This document shows, piece by piece, positions 24,640 to 36,154 of a DNA stretch of 36,154 nucleotides. Location: NCBI GenBank assembly GCA_000320545.1, contig ADNK01000102.1:1-36154 (forward strand). The letters run 5' to 3'. The position numbers and the translations under genes are program-made. Position 1 is the stretch's first letter. Each line of letters begins with the position of its first letter. This DNA is from Bigelowiella natans CCMP2755. Lineage: Eukaryota > Protista > Cercozoa. The notes beneath the pieces are model-generated. The model saw only the letters and a list, made by a program, of their open reading frames with translations, did not search any database and was not told the DNA's origin.

Positions 24640-26344
24640 GAGAGAAGCGCAGATACACTGTGTTAACAAGTGACGAAGCAGCCACACACAATCTGAATTC
24701 AGTACATGTGTGGTAATTAAATTCTCTGTCTATCGTATCGTCGTACTAGGAGACTTGCTGGATGCTCGAGCTCGTTTATCCGTATCAATCAGTGGATGGT
24801 CCTAACGACATTAATTTATAACAAAAAAGGGCCGCTCGTTACAAGGCAAGTCTGTGACGAATGGCGCCCTCTCAGCATGCGTGCCTAATTTCCTTACTTT
24901 CTTCGGTGTCGTCGACTCTTGGCGCTGCGGCAAGAGGGGAAGGGGAGGGTTAGGGCGGAGTGATTGGTAGTGTAAACTTAGTCAGAGCACCTTTGCTGCT
25001 GTGATATTCTGGTTAATAGCTGCGATCCATCCTGGAGTATGTAATGAGTAGCCAGTCGTGCAGAAACAACAACAGTATTATAGTGTCAGGGGAATAATGT
25101 GCATGGCATCGTCTGAGATAAGTTCTCCTCACTCTCTTTTTCAGCAGCCTGGTCGTACATTTCATCCTGATTTGATAACAGCACGCTCTGAGCGCCGAGT
25201 GTTCATAATGTTCATCTATAATGTAAGAAACCTACCGCTTTTTTCCTATATGTATCGAAGTAGAATGTGTCCTTCTCGTCGTCGCCAAACTTCATTTTAA
25301 ATCTTCCCTATTTTTTGCACATAGAAACACACACGGACACAACATGCATCTTAATCTAACAAAATAGTCCACATTTAAATCCACACGAACCTTATACTGA
25401 GGAGTGCTATCGTCTTCACAGAGAAAACACTGAATCAAGTAGATAAGAATGAAGAGTTTTCTCACAATGACAAAGATGTCTACTCTTAAAGACCTTTTCC
25501 AGCGGAATGCTGCCGGCTGGTTTTGCCTTTCCACGTTTGAAGTAAATAAGCTTGTTCTTCATCAAATAAAACCTGGCAGAGAGATAGTAAGGCAAGCCGT
25601 ACCCAGTCTCTAAGATCTGGTTTGATAAAAATGACCATCGTTTTTGCCAACCATGCCCAATGCCGTGTGAGCGTTTCTTCAGAAAACCCTGAGTTATTCA
25701 CATATAAAGTCACACACATAACTTCATGGCTGCTGCTATTGAAAGACAAACCTCTTTTATACGCATCCTCTCATCCTCTCCAGGTTCCTGATGCTCTTTC
25801 TTCCCCTCAGCCTCAGCATTGGGCTTCGTGTTTTCCGTTAGCGTGGCTTCTGGAATCTCCAAATCGAGCCTGCTTTTTGACTATGAGAGAAAACACAATC
25901 AATATATCTCGACAGACCCATTGACAAAACACAATCAATATCTCGACAGACCCATTGACACTACCCCATACCTTGATCATATGCTGAATGTAAGTTTCAG
26001 CCTCGTTTTTCTAAGAATAACAGCAACAAAGCCGAAGGCCCTATTTGTTACAAGGGGATTTGACACGAAACATTGTGTGCATTCCTAGGCATTTATTTAA
26101 AACCCATCTGCCGGAAGGAATTTTTTACCTCCTCAGCCCCACGGGCCCGTTTGTGATCCGAAGGATGGTATACTTCATCCTGTTCGTTGTCTATATTACT
26201 GTCCTCTAACTCAACTGCAGGGATGTTTGAGTCGAAGAATGCTTTGTAATTCTCATACGGATCATTCTTTGGGGTATCACAAAAGATGCCGGAGGCACCG
26301 GAATCAGAGTTATTTTCAATGTGAACACCACGCCTTCGGTTCAT
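22659..26344 (-). CDS. PH domain + permuted papain-like NlpC/P60 (YiiX/YebB, peptidase C92-like) protein ending in CaaX (CTLL)
   Basis: PH: KEGFLKKRSHGIGHGWQKRW|FYLMKNKLIYFKRGKAKPAGSIPLEK...RWIAAI (exons ~25690-24990). Catalytic domain: AKTGD|VVLFHTRGTGPAVIR|FGTNSAYDHVGVVV...VLEA...GV...MSVRRL...VIGRK|Y...FFCSE|LVAAAYK (His precedes Cys, so permuted order). Ends GPCTLL* at 22659. The 5' end may extend to ~26470 or beyond. Confidence 0.78.
25890..25959. repeat. Intronic tandem duplication, ~35-bp unit x2
   Basis: AAAACACAATCAATA(TA)TCTCGACAGACCCATTGAC occurs at 25890-25925 and 25926-25959, differing by one TA. Confidence 0.85.
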
Positions 26345-26871
26345 TGAATCTACTGGCCAAGTTCCACCATAGATGGGCGGTTAGGAGTAGGCGGATGACA
26401 CCTTGCTGGCACTGGTTCCGACACCCTGATTCGAAGAAGTGATAGTCCCCCCCCTCTCCTCGCCTGACCTAAGCGGAGGAATCGGCTGAAAGGAAACTGC
26501 TCGGATATCGAGTAAGTAAGTGGCAACGATAACGACGGTTATCCTAAATGCGTCCTCTCATCGGTGTTGTCGCTTTGAAAAAATGCCAATCGTTTTCGAA
26601 TTTAACATGGCAGTTCAAAACTTGCTTCTCCTTCAATTCGGAGTAGCAAGGGGGCACCATCCATCAAGTTGTTGCAGAGTTGTTGCGAAGTTGTCGCCGA
26701 TTCATCATTTTCCACGCCTGGAGCTGCCGCTACCAGGAAGCAGGATCGCTATTCGGATCATTTTTTGTCCGGGATAGATCTTAGAATATCACCCGTTCAT
26801 TGTTTGTGAGCAAGTTGCAGACCACAGCCACCTACTCTTCTCCAGTCGAAGCATTTTTCAACTCTTCGGGA

Positions 26872-27410
26872 ATGGCGGACGCTAAAGCGACGTCTGTGGA
26901 GGACGACGGCAACCACTACGCTTGGGTCAAACGGGAGATTCTAAATTACGTTGTGAAGCCCCTCACACATGTAATACCATATACTTTAATTTGTGTCTAA
27001 TTGACAAGTAGAACTGGGCAGTAGGGAGGTGTATGGAGTTGGGAGGGAGGAACTGTGAAGTTTTGTGTCCTCTTACTGGTTCTTACGACTGGTTCGTATG
27101 TCGAATAGATTTTAATGGTTGCATGAACACATGTGTGCACGTGATTGAGGGGAGAGGATTGTAGGATAGAAATCCTATCTTTAAAACCTTTCTCCAGCTC
27201 CTCGTTTACTCGTCACGTCTTTATTGCTCCTCTTAAGTTTCTTTCTTTTTCTCTCTGCTCTTCCTGTTCATTGTGACACATTTTCCCTCTGTTGGATACA
27301 ATGCGCAGGGCATTTTCTTCGGCATCGGATTGCAACTCGCAAGATGGTGCGGCATACGATATTTAGGCATCCGCCCTTTTGAGATGAAGGCACCCGAACC
27401 CAAAAGCTAG
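26872..27410 (+). CDS. Possible small (~80-90 aa) single-pass membrane protein
   Basis: Phase-0 exons can be joined: MADAKATSVEDDGNHYAW|NWAVGRCMELGGRNCEVLCPLTGSYDWF|GIFFGIGLQLARWCGIRYLGIRPFEMKAPEPKS* (TAG ends at 27410). It lies divergent to the PH gene. No homology recognised. Confidence 0.35.
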
Positions 27411-28248
27411 CATCAACATGAGGAGAGCACTGTCACAGTCTAGCAGTGTTTTAGTTAATCCCCAGTGTGTGATCTAATGTAAAAAGGAGTCAATGAACAT
27501 AATTTTTCCAAAATGGAACTCCGGGCTCTGATGTACATCGAGATGGCGAGGTGTTCATTTGTTCTAGTGCTGGGGGTCGGACTTGACAGCACAGCTGCCT
27601 CCGCTGCACGCATTTGTTTGTCAACATCTAGATGTGCGCAATGAACACAATATCGTGTTGTTTGTGATGGATTTTCATCGCAGCATACAGCACAATGCTA
27701 GCCAATGCGTGACGTGCCCGCTAGCTGTGCAATGTAAACACATTGTCATTTCTAGTGTCGTGCAGCGTCTAGCGCTCATCCTGCTGAAGTGCTTAACGTC
27801 GCCCTCGTGGATCAGTGATGCATGTATAACATATATATGAAGCCTCGAACGTGCAGAGACAATTTGCGCTAGCACACAGCTGACAGTGTACGTGAAAGAT
27901 CGCATGTTTGTGTAATAACGTAGTAACACATCATGCGACGGAGCCTTGCACTGCCGACCCTCGTTGTTTTTGTGCAGCTGCGATTCGTGCAGCGTGCAGG
28001 AAATGCAGCGCATGCACGTTTTTAGGTTTGTGTTTGCGCATGATGCTGCCTGAGCACATCTTCCATGGATTACCAATTACTAAATAATTATATGTATAGA
28101 TTCCTCTAGTTCCAAAATCTGTTGTGATTAATTAATTACGTTGTTGAGTGTATGCGTCATCATACACGCACACTAGCCAAGCACACGATGAGACAATATA
28201 TTGTTGTAGGTGATGGCACCATGCTTTGATAATTTTGGGTGTTAAAAA

Positions 28249-29947
28249 CTAAGTTGACTTGAAGCAGGGAGGCTTTGGAGAGGTTGCATCAGTTGCTGCT
28301 CCTTCAACGCCTTCACAATGATAAAAATCAGACCCCCAAGGTTTCTTTGACGGATCTATTGGTGTGAATGCTACATCATCAAACACAATGCCCTTCATAG
28401 GTCGTTGAGGGTTGCCTAGTATCACACCGGGGCTGTGCTTCGCATTTTGTACCTTCACTCGGCGCAGCGTGATGTTTGTGAACGAGACGGTTGTGGGAGG
28501 CGCTGGGCAATGATTCGATAGTGATGGCCAGAGCAGTGAACACGCGCCTTTTGAGTCTGATTCCTGGGCAGGGCCTATCCATATTGGAACTTGTTCGGGC
28601 GTGTCCATTTCGATGTCTTCGAAAAGGATATTAGTGATTTCGGCGGACGCAGAGAGGTCGGTGCTGTTACCGCTCTTCACATATATTCCCTTGAATGTGT
28701 GGTGCATCCGTGCGTGTCTGAATGTGATGTTGCGTACACAGTTGTGGCCAGGCGACGGATGGATAGCTCCAACGGTGAGACCCTATCATGTTAGGTTTGG
28801 ATTCACATTTTGTTCTTTTCTATGTTTAGGCTAGCATGTGCTGGGAATTCATACGGAAGTGTTTATTATATGCCACTCATGCATCACGCGCGCTATTCGT
28901 GCAATTATATGTGTGGGTTATGGATTGGGACAGTGCACCTCGGACAATACAAAGCCAACTGACAGTCAAAAAGTCACATGAGCTTTGCTATCATCATCAC
29001 CACACAGGTCACCATGATCATCATAGGTACTATTAGCATTATCGCGCACACAGCATAACTACATTCACCATGCAGATCAGCATAATCAAGTCAAGAATAA
29101 CAAAAACAAACAACAAAAACGTAAGAAGGTTTAGATTTACCAAGCCGCTTGCGTTGACATTCTCAACAAGTACGTTTTCCGTGCACTTTGCATTCAGACC
29201 TCTAGAATCCATTGGCTGGATCGTGAAGCAGTCGTCTTGATTCCACACGGAGCAGTCGTGTATGTGTATGTCACGCCCGGCCACATCAAAGCCGTCCGTG
29301 TTCAATGCATCGAGATTCCACACATCATGAGCGTCGTCCTGGTTAACACGGTTGTCTATGCTGCAGTGGGAAATCTCGAGGCCGGCAACATCAAAGGCTG
29401 TGAATGTCCAGTAAGGAGACTGCTCAAACAACCAGTGCTCTACCAGTACATCGGTAGCATTCACGATCGACAGCAAACGTGGGCGATCCTCGCCGTGTAT
29501 CAGATACTTGATGTACCCCCACCACGCATTGCCACTACCGTAGAGCTTTCCTGTGCCGGTCGATGTCAGAGTGAGTCCTGTCGCATTGGCGATGAAGAAA
29601 GCTTCCTGCACACACGTCCCATTCTTCTTTGGTTGAAGCGGGTTGCCTCCCATTGCGCAGTCCTGTGTTGGCCAACCCTTGCGTCCAGGCAGGAAGCTAA
29701 GTGTGCCATCGAGGACAATTGTCAAGTTGATGACGTTTGAAGCTCTCACACCCCCCGCGAGCCAGAAAGTCTTGTTCGGGACTACCAGCGTGTCTCCTGG
29801 CAGCATCCTAGCGAACGCGGAGTTGAGGAGAGCGGTGTTGGAGATACCCGAAGACTGTGCGCCTGCGGTGCCATTGAAGATATAAGTCGAAGCTTCCACT
29901 TTGACCAAGGACAGCACACACGAAAGCAGCGCCAGCATCATCATCAA
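28249..29947 (-). CDS. Secreted glycoside hydrolase family 28 (polygalacturonase-like), 2 exons
   Basis: Exons 29947-29141 and 28782-28249. Signal peptide MMMMLALLSCVLSLVKVEA, G.G..WW, RPRLL, SPYWT, NTDGFD, NQDDC, GL|GLTVG, GIYVKS, NITF/NILF beta-helix turns. Confidence 0.9.
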
Positions 29948-30502
29948 TCAAAAAGTGCAATCTCTCCTATGTATATTATCCCCCGGGCTTGTATTGCTGG
30001 CTTGTGCCAATGTTGTTGTCTCCCTGGCGAAATCTGTGAAGTTGCGAGCTTCGACGCCTTATTAGAACCACAAGAAGCCGGGAAGAGGGCAGGGCAACGA
30101 GGATGGGAGTTGGGAAATGAGGTGGTGTCGGCTTGGCCAAGCGTAACGCCGCTGTGGGTACCTGCCCTTAATTAGCAAAATTAAAAAAAATCCTTGCAAA
30201 GTGTTTGTCGCAGAAAGGAAAACCCAAGGATTCTACACCTGGAGCGATGTCAATGTTGTTCCGATGAATTCAGCACGAATTCTCTCCTGAAGTGACGACA
30301 CTCTGGTGGCGACTCACCCAGCTGTGTAGAGCAGCTTTGCAAGGCGAGGCTAGCTCCATGCCAGCTGTCAATATCTGAAAAATATTGCCTAGCTGTTTCT
30401 GCCAAAACAACAATTTCTGAGGTTGTGAAGATTCGGTCAGTCGTCATCGACCGTCAGAACTGAGAACCGGAAGGGCGGAACTGGAGACTGGACACGCACG
30501 TG

Positions 30503-30550
<48 letters not shown>

Positions 30551-30555
30551 GGAAA

Positions 30556-33025
30556 ATGGCGTCACTGGATCAAATTGGGAAAAAGAGGAAAAGGCAGGAC
30601 CAAGAAGAGGTCAGGAGATGATCGATTGTGTTGAGCCATGTGCCCGATGTCCACAGCCTGAGACTTGCTCTGAGAACACGACGTGCTCTTTGATCCACAA
30701 TTCAAGGATGGAAAAAAATCTTCAACCGTTGTACCATCACGTTTGCTGGAGGCCATCATTGGAAAGTTGGCTCCCATTGAAGATGAGGACGGAAACAAGT
30801 AATCGAACCTAGCGTTTGGTGGGGTAGATGATTTTTTTTCAATAACGGTGACAATGGTTCTCCCTAGATTCAAAGTTTTGTCGCACAAGATTCTGGATCC
30901 AGCACGGCGTGAGATTTATGCCAGGTTGACGAAGATTGGTTGAAGAAGTATGTGGGTGTGTGCTGAATAAATTTGGCTTTAATGAAGGCGTTTCCCCGAA
31001 ATGACTAGCGGGACAGTTGTCAGTTTAATTTGCAAGCAAGAGGAGAATGATGACGATGAGGAAGAAGAGGAGGGGGGGGAAGGTCGGTGTTAGTCTATGA
31101 TAGGCAGGCCACACACATGAACATGCACATATTTCACATGGCATTGATGCGTGTGGCTGGATGTGTCCCGAAGCGTACACGTCTGGAGATACATAAGCTT
31201 CACATCTTTCCTAGCTGACCACTATAAACATTCAAATGAATTCAAATAAACATCCCCCCATGCAAATGCGAAGCAAATCACAACATTTGTGAATTTGAAT
31301 TGGTCTTCGGAATGAAAGGAACGGATTTCCCACACCTTTATGCACTTAGATTCGAAAACCAAACTCGTTGAGCATTTGGCTATTGTTTCCAGGTGATTAT
31401 GACGTCACCTTGCTATGTCGTTGGGAACGGATAGCAGTTTTAAGCAACCTTTCTTCATGAAAATCTACCATTTTTTTGGTTTTGTTTTGGGTCCATCATG
31501 TGTGTTTATGCGTAATATTTCAACCATTTAGGAATGAAGGAGAAGACATTTCTTCAACATCTGAAGACGGTACTCTTTTGTATCTCTCATTGATAATATT
31601 GATGACGGGGTTCCGATATTTAATCGATCAGCATATGAAGCCAAGCCTTTCCTCACTGAATGCAAAATTTCATACGAAGTAACTGAGCAAGGTCACACAA
31701 GATGCGAAGACACCGACTGAAGATTTCTTCCACTTTCTTAGGAAGTATCTCCTACGCAGCTTGTGGAATACAAGTTCAAAGAGAGTCCTCGCTGGTATCT
31801 TGGAAGTATGTCCACAAACCATAAAGGAGATCAGATGTCTTCATAATTCCTCTTTTTTGGGTGTTGTTGGACAGTGAGCACGCGTCTATACTTGGAAGCT
31901 TTCCGAAAATCCAAAGTAGCATTACTGAATATTCAGAACATATACATTTCGTGCATAACCCATTTCAATGACCCCGTGGTCAGTTCAAATCCTGGAAGGA
32001 ACTAATTCTGACGACGACTTGCCAGAAGACATTAAAAAGGTACCCAGTTTTGGAAAATGCATACACAAGACATTGGGTCATAAGATGTATTAGTACGTAT
32101 TCACAATATTGCCTGGTGGTTCTATTTTCCCATTTTTTTGCTGCTGAGTTCGGGTGCGGAGCGTTGGTAATTAATTGGTGTGTGAGCTTGTAACATCCGT
32201 GCTCCTTAGTCTTCTAGGGCTGGGCCCGATAACACGATTGTACGATCGATTTGCCCTCCCAACGCCTCCCGAGTTGAAGGGAAAGTTTGAGGTGTTCACA
32301 GCATCTAGATGTATACGCATCACATTCTGATTTTCCGGAGGTATTGTGCTCAGACCGTTGATGACAACGGAAAGATCGTCCACATTCCCCATTGCGTCGC
32401 TGGGTTAAGGGTACTATGATTTGCTACTCTGAAGATTCTTGTGTCATGGCGAATGCAGTCCACATGCGACAACAGCGTGACGGGCGATCTAATGGTGCGG
32501 TGTAGTGAATGATGAAACGCCATGTCTCAGGTTTGGGAGCCGGACAGCAAGTCCTACGAGGCAATTACACCACACCTTGATGGTACTGCATTGTGCAGCA
32601 TTATCACGACGATGGAGTGTTAAACAACCACACGCATACGCACGCACACACACACACGCACGCACGCAAAGGTCGATGCAAAATTATAGGTGCCCCAAGC
32701 AGCGACGCAGCCGTAGATGCGATGTGGAGCTCTATTCTGGATCAGCTCCGTCAGGTTAGATTGAGGGGGGAGACTGTATGATGCCTGCGAGCGCCCACAT
32801 AATATGTGCAAAATATGTGTGTGTGTGTGTGTGTACTCTTGCCAATAAAATGCTGTAATTCTTGCACCCTATCTCTGCTCTCGTCATTCAAATCGTTCGC
32901 CATTCACCATTCAAATTGATTCGAAGGCACACGGGTCAGACGTGATAAACAAGTTGATAAAAGAAGGCCAGACGAGGTTCGCAGCGCAAAAATCCCCAGG
33001 AAAAGAAACAGCAGCCAAGGCATAA
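30556..33025 (+). CDS. Multi-exon hypothetical protein of unknown function (5' end uncertain)
   Basis: Seven or more consecutive in-phase GT-AG exons from ~31742: EVSPTQLVEYKFKESPRWYLG|MSTRLYLEAFRKSK|FKSWKELILTTTCQKTLKS|LLGLGPITRLYDRFALPTPPELKGKFE|TVDDNGKIVHIPHCVAGLR|VWEPDSKSYEAITPHLDG|APSSDAAVDAMWSSILDQLRQ|AHGSDVINKLI...AKA* (TAA 33023-33025). Confidence 0.7.
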
Positions 33026-34020
33026 GATGATAAATGCCACCTTTTTCAGCATTAAGCAGGCGAAATGAAAACGCATCTTCGTATTAGCGTGCGGAGCTTG
33101 CAACACTTCATATTCCTAGTGTCTATCCTCTCATAATCAGTGTCAAAAAGTGGTATGAGCCTACAAAATTCAATCGCTGCAAGTTCTTATTGTTTTTCGT
33201 CGTTATTTGTTCCGGTTGTTCGCTAGCATGCAGATGTGACTTTGCGCCATTTAGCGATGAAGAGTCCAACGCGTAATGTAGATTATGCGTGTGTGTATTG
33301 ATCTATGCTAACGTACGAAGGCTCATTCCCAAGCTCAACCGCCCAGAAAATCCAGACCGCTTGCCCACATTTGCTCAACTTGCAGCCTCGGCGCGATTGT
33401 GCGCTGCCTGTATGCGGCTGAATTTGGGATCCTGCCAGCAGCCGCCGTATCATGACCGCATGCCCCACATTTCATTTCGCTACTATCCGCAGTAGCCCAA
33501 ATTGCGAAAATGCGTAACATGAAAATTTGCCTACTGACGACCTACTGCTGAACTAAATTGCTAGAATGACATGGTGAAAATCATAGCTAGACAGATAAGC
33601 ACATCACATGCTAGCATGCCTTTTGTGAAGACAACCTGTTTGTATCAAACATAGTTACATAGATCCATACACACTTAGCCCTTGAAAACTATGACAGATC
33701 ATGTGATGAGCGAATTTCACTTGTTACGTAGCGTGCTAGCGTGAGTGCATTAGGCATTGCCTGTGCCACATTGACCATGCACAGTCTCACCTCAAGCTAG
33801 CAAGGATACGCTCACATACACAAGTATTATAATAAACACATGTGTAACTCTCTTTGATCTTATCATTTGTTGCTTTAAATAATGGCATATTCACATTGCG
33901 TCCTGTGTCTACCATTCAATGAGCAATCTAGACATGCGGTCGTTGAACGTGAAAATGCAATGCCACGCTTTGATCAAAATGCAAAAGAAATATTCATCAT
34001 CATGCGGTGATGATGCTCAA

Positions 34021-34690
34021 TTAGGAATCATCCATGAACAATGGTTCCGGCCCCACATTGCTATCCTCATCATCAGATATCCATTCACTGGCACTTATGT
34101 CAAGCATCTTATGCCTTGCGTCGTAGAAATCTGTGACATTGATCCTACCAGAAGTTACTGCTTCTGTGTAATGCCGACGATCGTCTCCTCCGACGACAAT
34201 GTTCTCAACGCTCGCACCGGGAAGCTGAAATCTCAATTGATCATTGGAGCGGCGGGCTGATTTCCCTTTCTCATCTTTGGGTGTTGTCAGCTCAAAGAAC
34301 ACTTCGACGCTGTCGGACATCGCATAAGCGGTCCTGAAGGCCTCTCTCGCCTGGCCAGGGGTCTCTACGTTCTCCCCGTTTATACAGACGACACGCCAGC
34401 CTTCCTTGATTCCCGCGCTCTTTCCCTTTTCAAATACGTGGTCTACGCACAGATCATTGCCAATGGTGCATGTCGGCTCGTCGCATGGTAGGGTGATGCA
34501 GCGGACATTGGGCTTAGAAGAAAGACTGTCCCCATCGACACTCTTGATGCGGGTATTGCAGAAGCAGCAGCACACGAGCGCACAGCAGGGGGCAAGAAGA
34601 GCCATCTCAAGTAGAAAGATCACGAAGACTCGCATGCTTATCTGTTGGAGTGGTGGAGGGAAGAGATGTAAAGTTAATTCTCTTTCTCTG

Positions 34691-34733
<43 letters not shown>

Positions 34734-34818
34734 GGTGTGCGTGTGCGTGTGCGTGTGAACATGCTACTCCTATTGTCTTGGGGGGCCAGCTGCCACCACA
34801 TACCCACTTCCACAACTG

Positions 34819-34852
<34 letters not shown>

Positions 34853-35405
34853 CACTGCTAGTACGCATGCAACAAGAGATAGATATTTACGATGTTGTAT
34901 CGTACCGATTGTCCTAGGGCTAGAATCGTAGCGAGCACAGCCTTGCCGTTGGTAGCGTTTGCACGGTAGGATAGTGTCGCGATGAGTAAGGAGCAGCCCG
35001 ATATCAAAACCAGGCAAACGAGGATACCGATCACATCACTCAGTAGCAACACATCGTGGGACTCCTCAGTCCGGAAATTCCAATTAATTGTCGATCGCCT
35101 GCGATGAAGCTTAGGCAATGCCGATGATTCGGTAGGATCATTCTTGAACAATGCGGTGCTGTTGCAACGAAGCAGCTTTTTCTCACTCTTCGTCTCCAAC
35201 TGCATTGCCTTTTCTTCCATTCCGCCGTCGCTGTTGACGCCAGATCTAGGAGAGATCGATGAAGACGAGGGCGGCTTCTTCTTTCGTCCGCCGCTCATCC
35301 ATCCAGCAGCCGTACCTGCGTCCATGTGCGCGAATGTTAATAAGTGTGGAGCCTTGGAAATTGAAGCAGAAAGAAAGAGGTGTGTGTGTGTGTATGTGTG
35401 TGAGT

Positions 35406-35481
<76 letters not shown>

Positions 35482-35761
35482 GGGATGTATAAATTGACTG
35501 ACCGACTGCTGCGCCACCCACAACTGCATGATCTCCTGCCTCATCGTCATGATTCTTATGATCCTTATCCTCCTCTCCAGCACCAGTTTCACCTTCATTC
35601 CCTCCATCGCCTTCGTTCTCTAATGGCACTTCGACGTCTTCCAAGAGAATAATGAGGAAAGCTAGGACGGACATACCACTCCACACTTTAAACTTCACCA
35701 TATACTCATTAGGAACGGGCCGCGAGAAGAGCCAGATTAGGCAAAACGGAACTGGGAACGC
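34021..35761 (-). CDS. 3' part of a multi-pass membrane protein with a C-terminal PDZ-like domain (probably continues beyond the window end)
   Basis: Hydrophobic helices (FPVPFCLIWLF; VIGILVCLVLISGCSLLIATL; VFVIFLLEMALLAPCCALVCCCFC) followed by VDHVFEKGKSAGIKEGWRVVCINGENV (PDZ-like). The first visible exon starts at an AG acceptor (35761) without a convincing start codon. Confidence 0.6.
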
Positions 35762-35772
35762 CTATGATTGAT

Positions 35773-35813
<41 letters not shown>

Positions 35814-35853
35814 GGTGTGTGCAATATATACATATACAGTGGTTTCCATTCAT

Positions 35854-36146
35854 TCAAACGAATGTAACTGCGATATGCTCAGTGGATAAGGACTAGAATA
35901 TTTAGTGTCGTTGCGCACTTATTTTTCATGCACCCCCCCCCCCCCCTCCTCCCCCTCCACCTCTCTCTCTCTCTCTTCGTTTTCCCCTCTTGACAAAACA
36001 TAAACAGTGAGCGAAAAATGGAAAAAGAAAGTATGAAAAGGGGGAAGGGGAGGGGGGGGGGGGGGGGGGGCGTGAAAAATAAGTGCGCGCCGACACAAAA
36101 TATTTTAGTCTTTATCCACTGAGCGTATCGCGGTTACATTTGTTGA
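35854..36146. repeat. ~290-bp inverted-repeat (fold-back / MITE-like) element
   Basis: 35861-35930 aligns without gaps to the reverse complement of 36071-36140 with 8 mismatches in 70 bp. The arms continue inward as poly-C versus poly-G. Confidence 0.85.
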
Positions 36147-36154
36147 TCCCTCTC

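Noticed and set aside
29237-29885. Plus-strand ORFs overlapping the GH28 gene, and similar antisense ORFs at 3602-3988 and 20914-21261
   Set aside because: They are antisense shadows of well-supported exons and carry no motifs of their own.
30690-30930. BTB-like reading (HDVLF...DGNKFKVLSHKIL)
   Set aside because: The resemblance is superficial, spacing is wrong, and downstream exons show no BTB features.

Overview
Intron-rich eukaryotic nuclear DNA, most likely from an alga with a secondary plastid (chlorarachniophyte-like; inferred from one plastid presequence). Most ORF-track calls are microsatellite artefacts, so genes were rebuilt by hand from GT-AG splice sites and reading phase. About 11 genes alternate strand strictly: (-) MsrA-thioredoxin-MsrB triple fusion; (+) signal-peptide JmjC oxygenase; (-) Sel1-repeat protein; (+) 30-exon LOG-family phosphoribohydrolase fused to gamma-glutamyl phosphate reductase (ProA); (-) thylakoid lumen TL15-type pentapeptide-repeat protein; (+) RING1-like PRC1 E3 ligase; (-) PH + permuted papain-like (NlpC/P60) + CaaX protein; (+) possible small membrane protein; (-) GH28 glycosidase; (+) hypothetical protein; (-) partial membrane protein with a PDZ-like domain. 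The two enzyme fusions (LOG-ProA and MsrA-Trx-MsrB) are the strongest candidates for undescribed systems. Also present are a 16-bp inverted repeat placed symmetrically in a bidirectional promoter and a ~290-bp hairpin whose mismatches are biased towards G.U pairs. No rRNA, tRNA, CRISPR array or autonomous transposon was recognised. Exon models are manual and lack transcript support.
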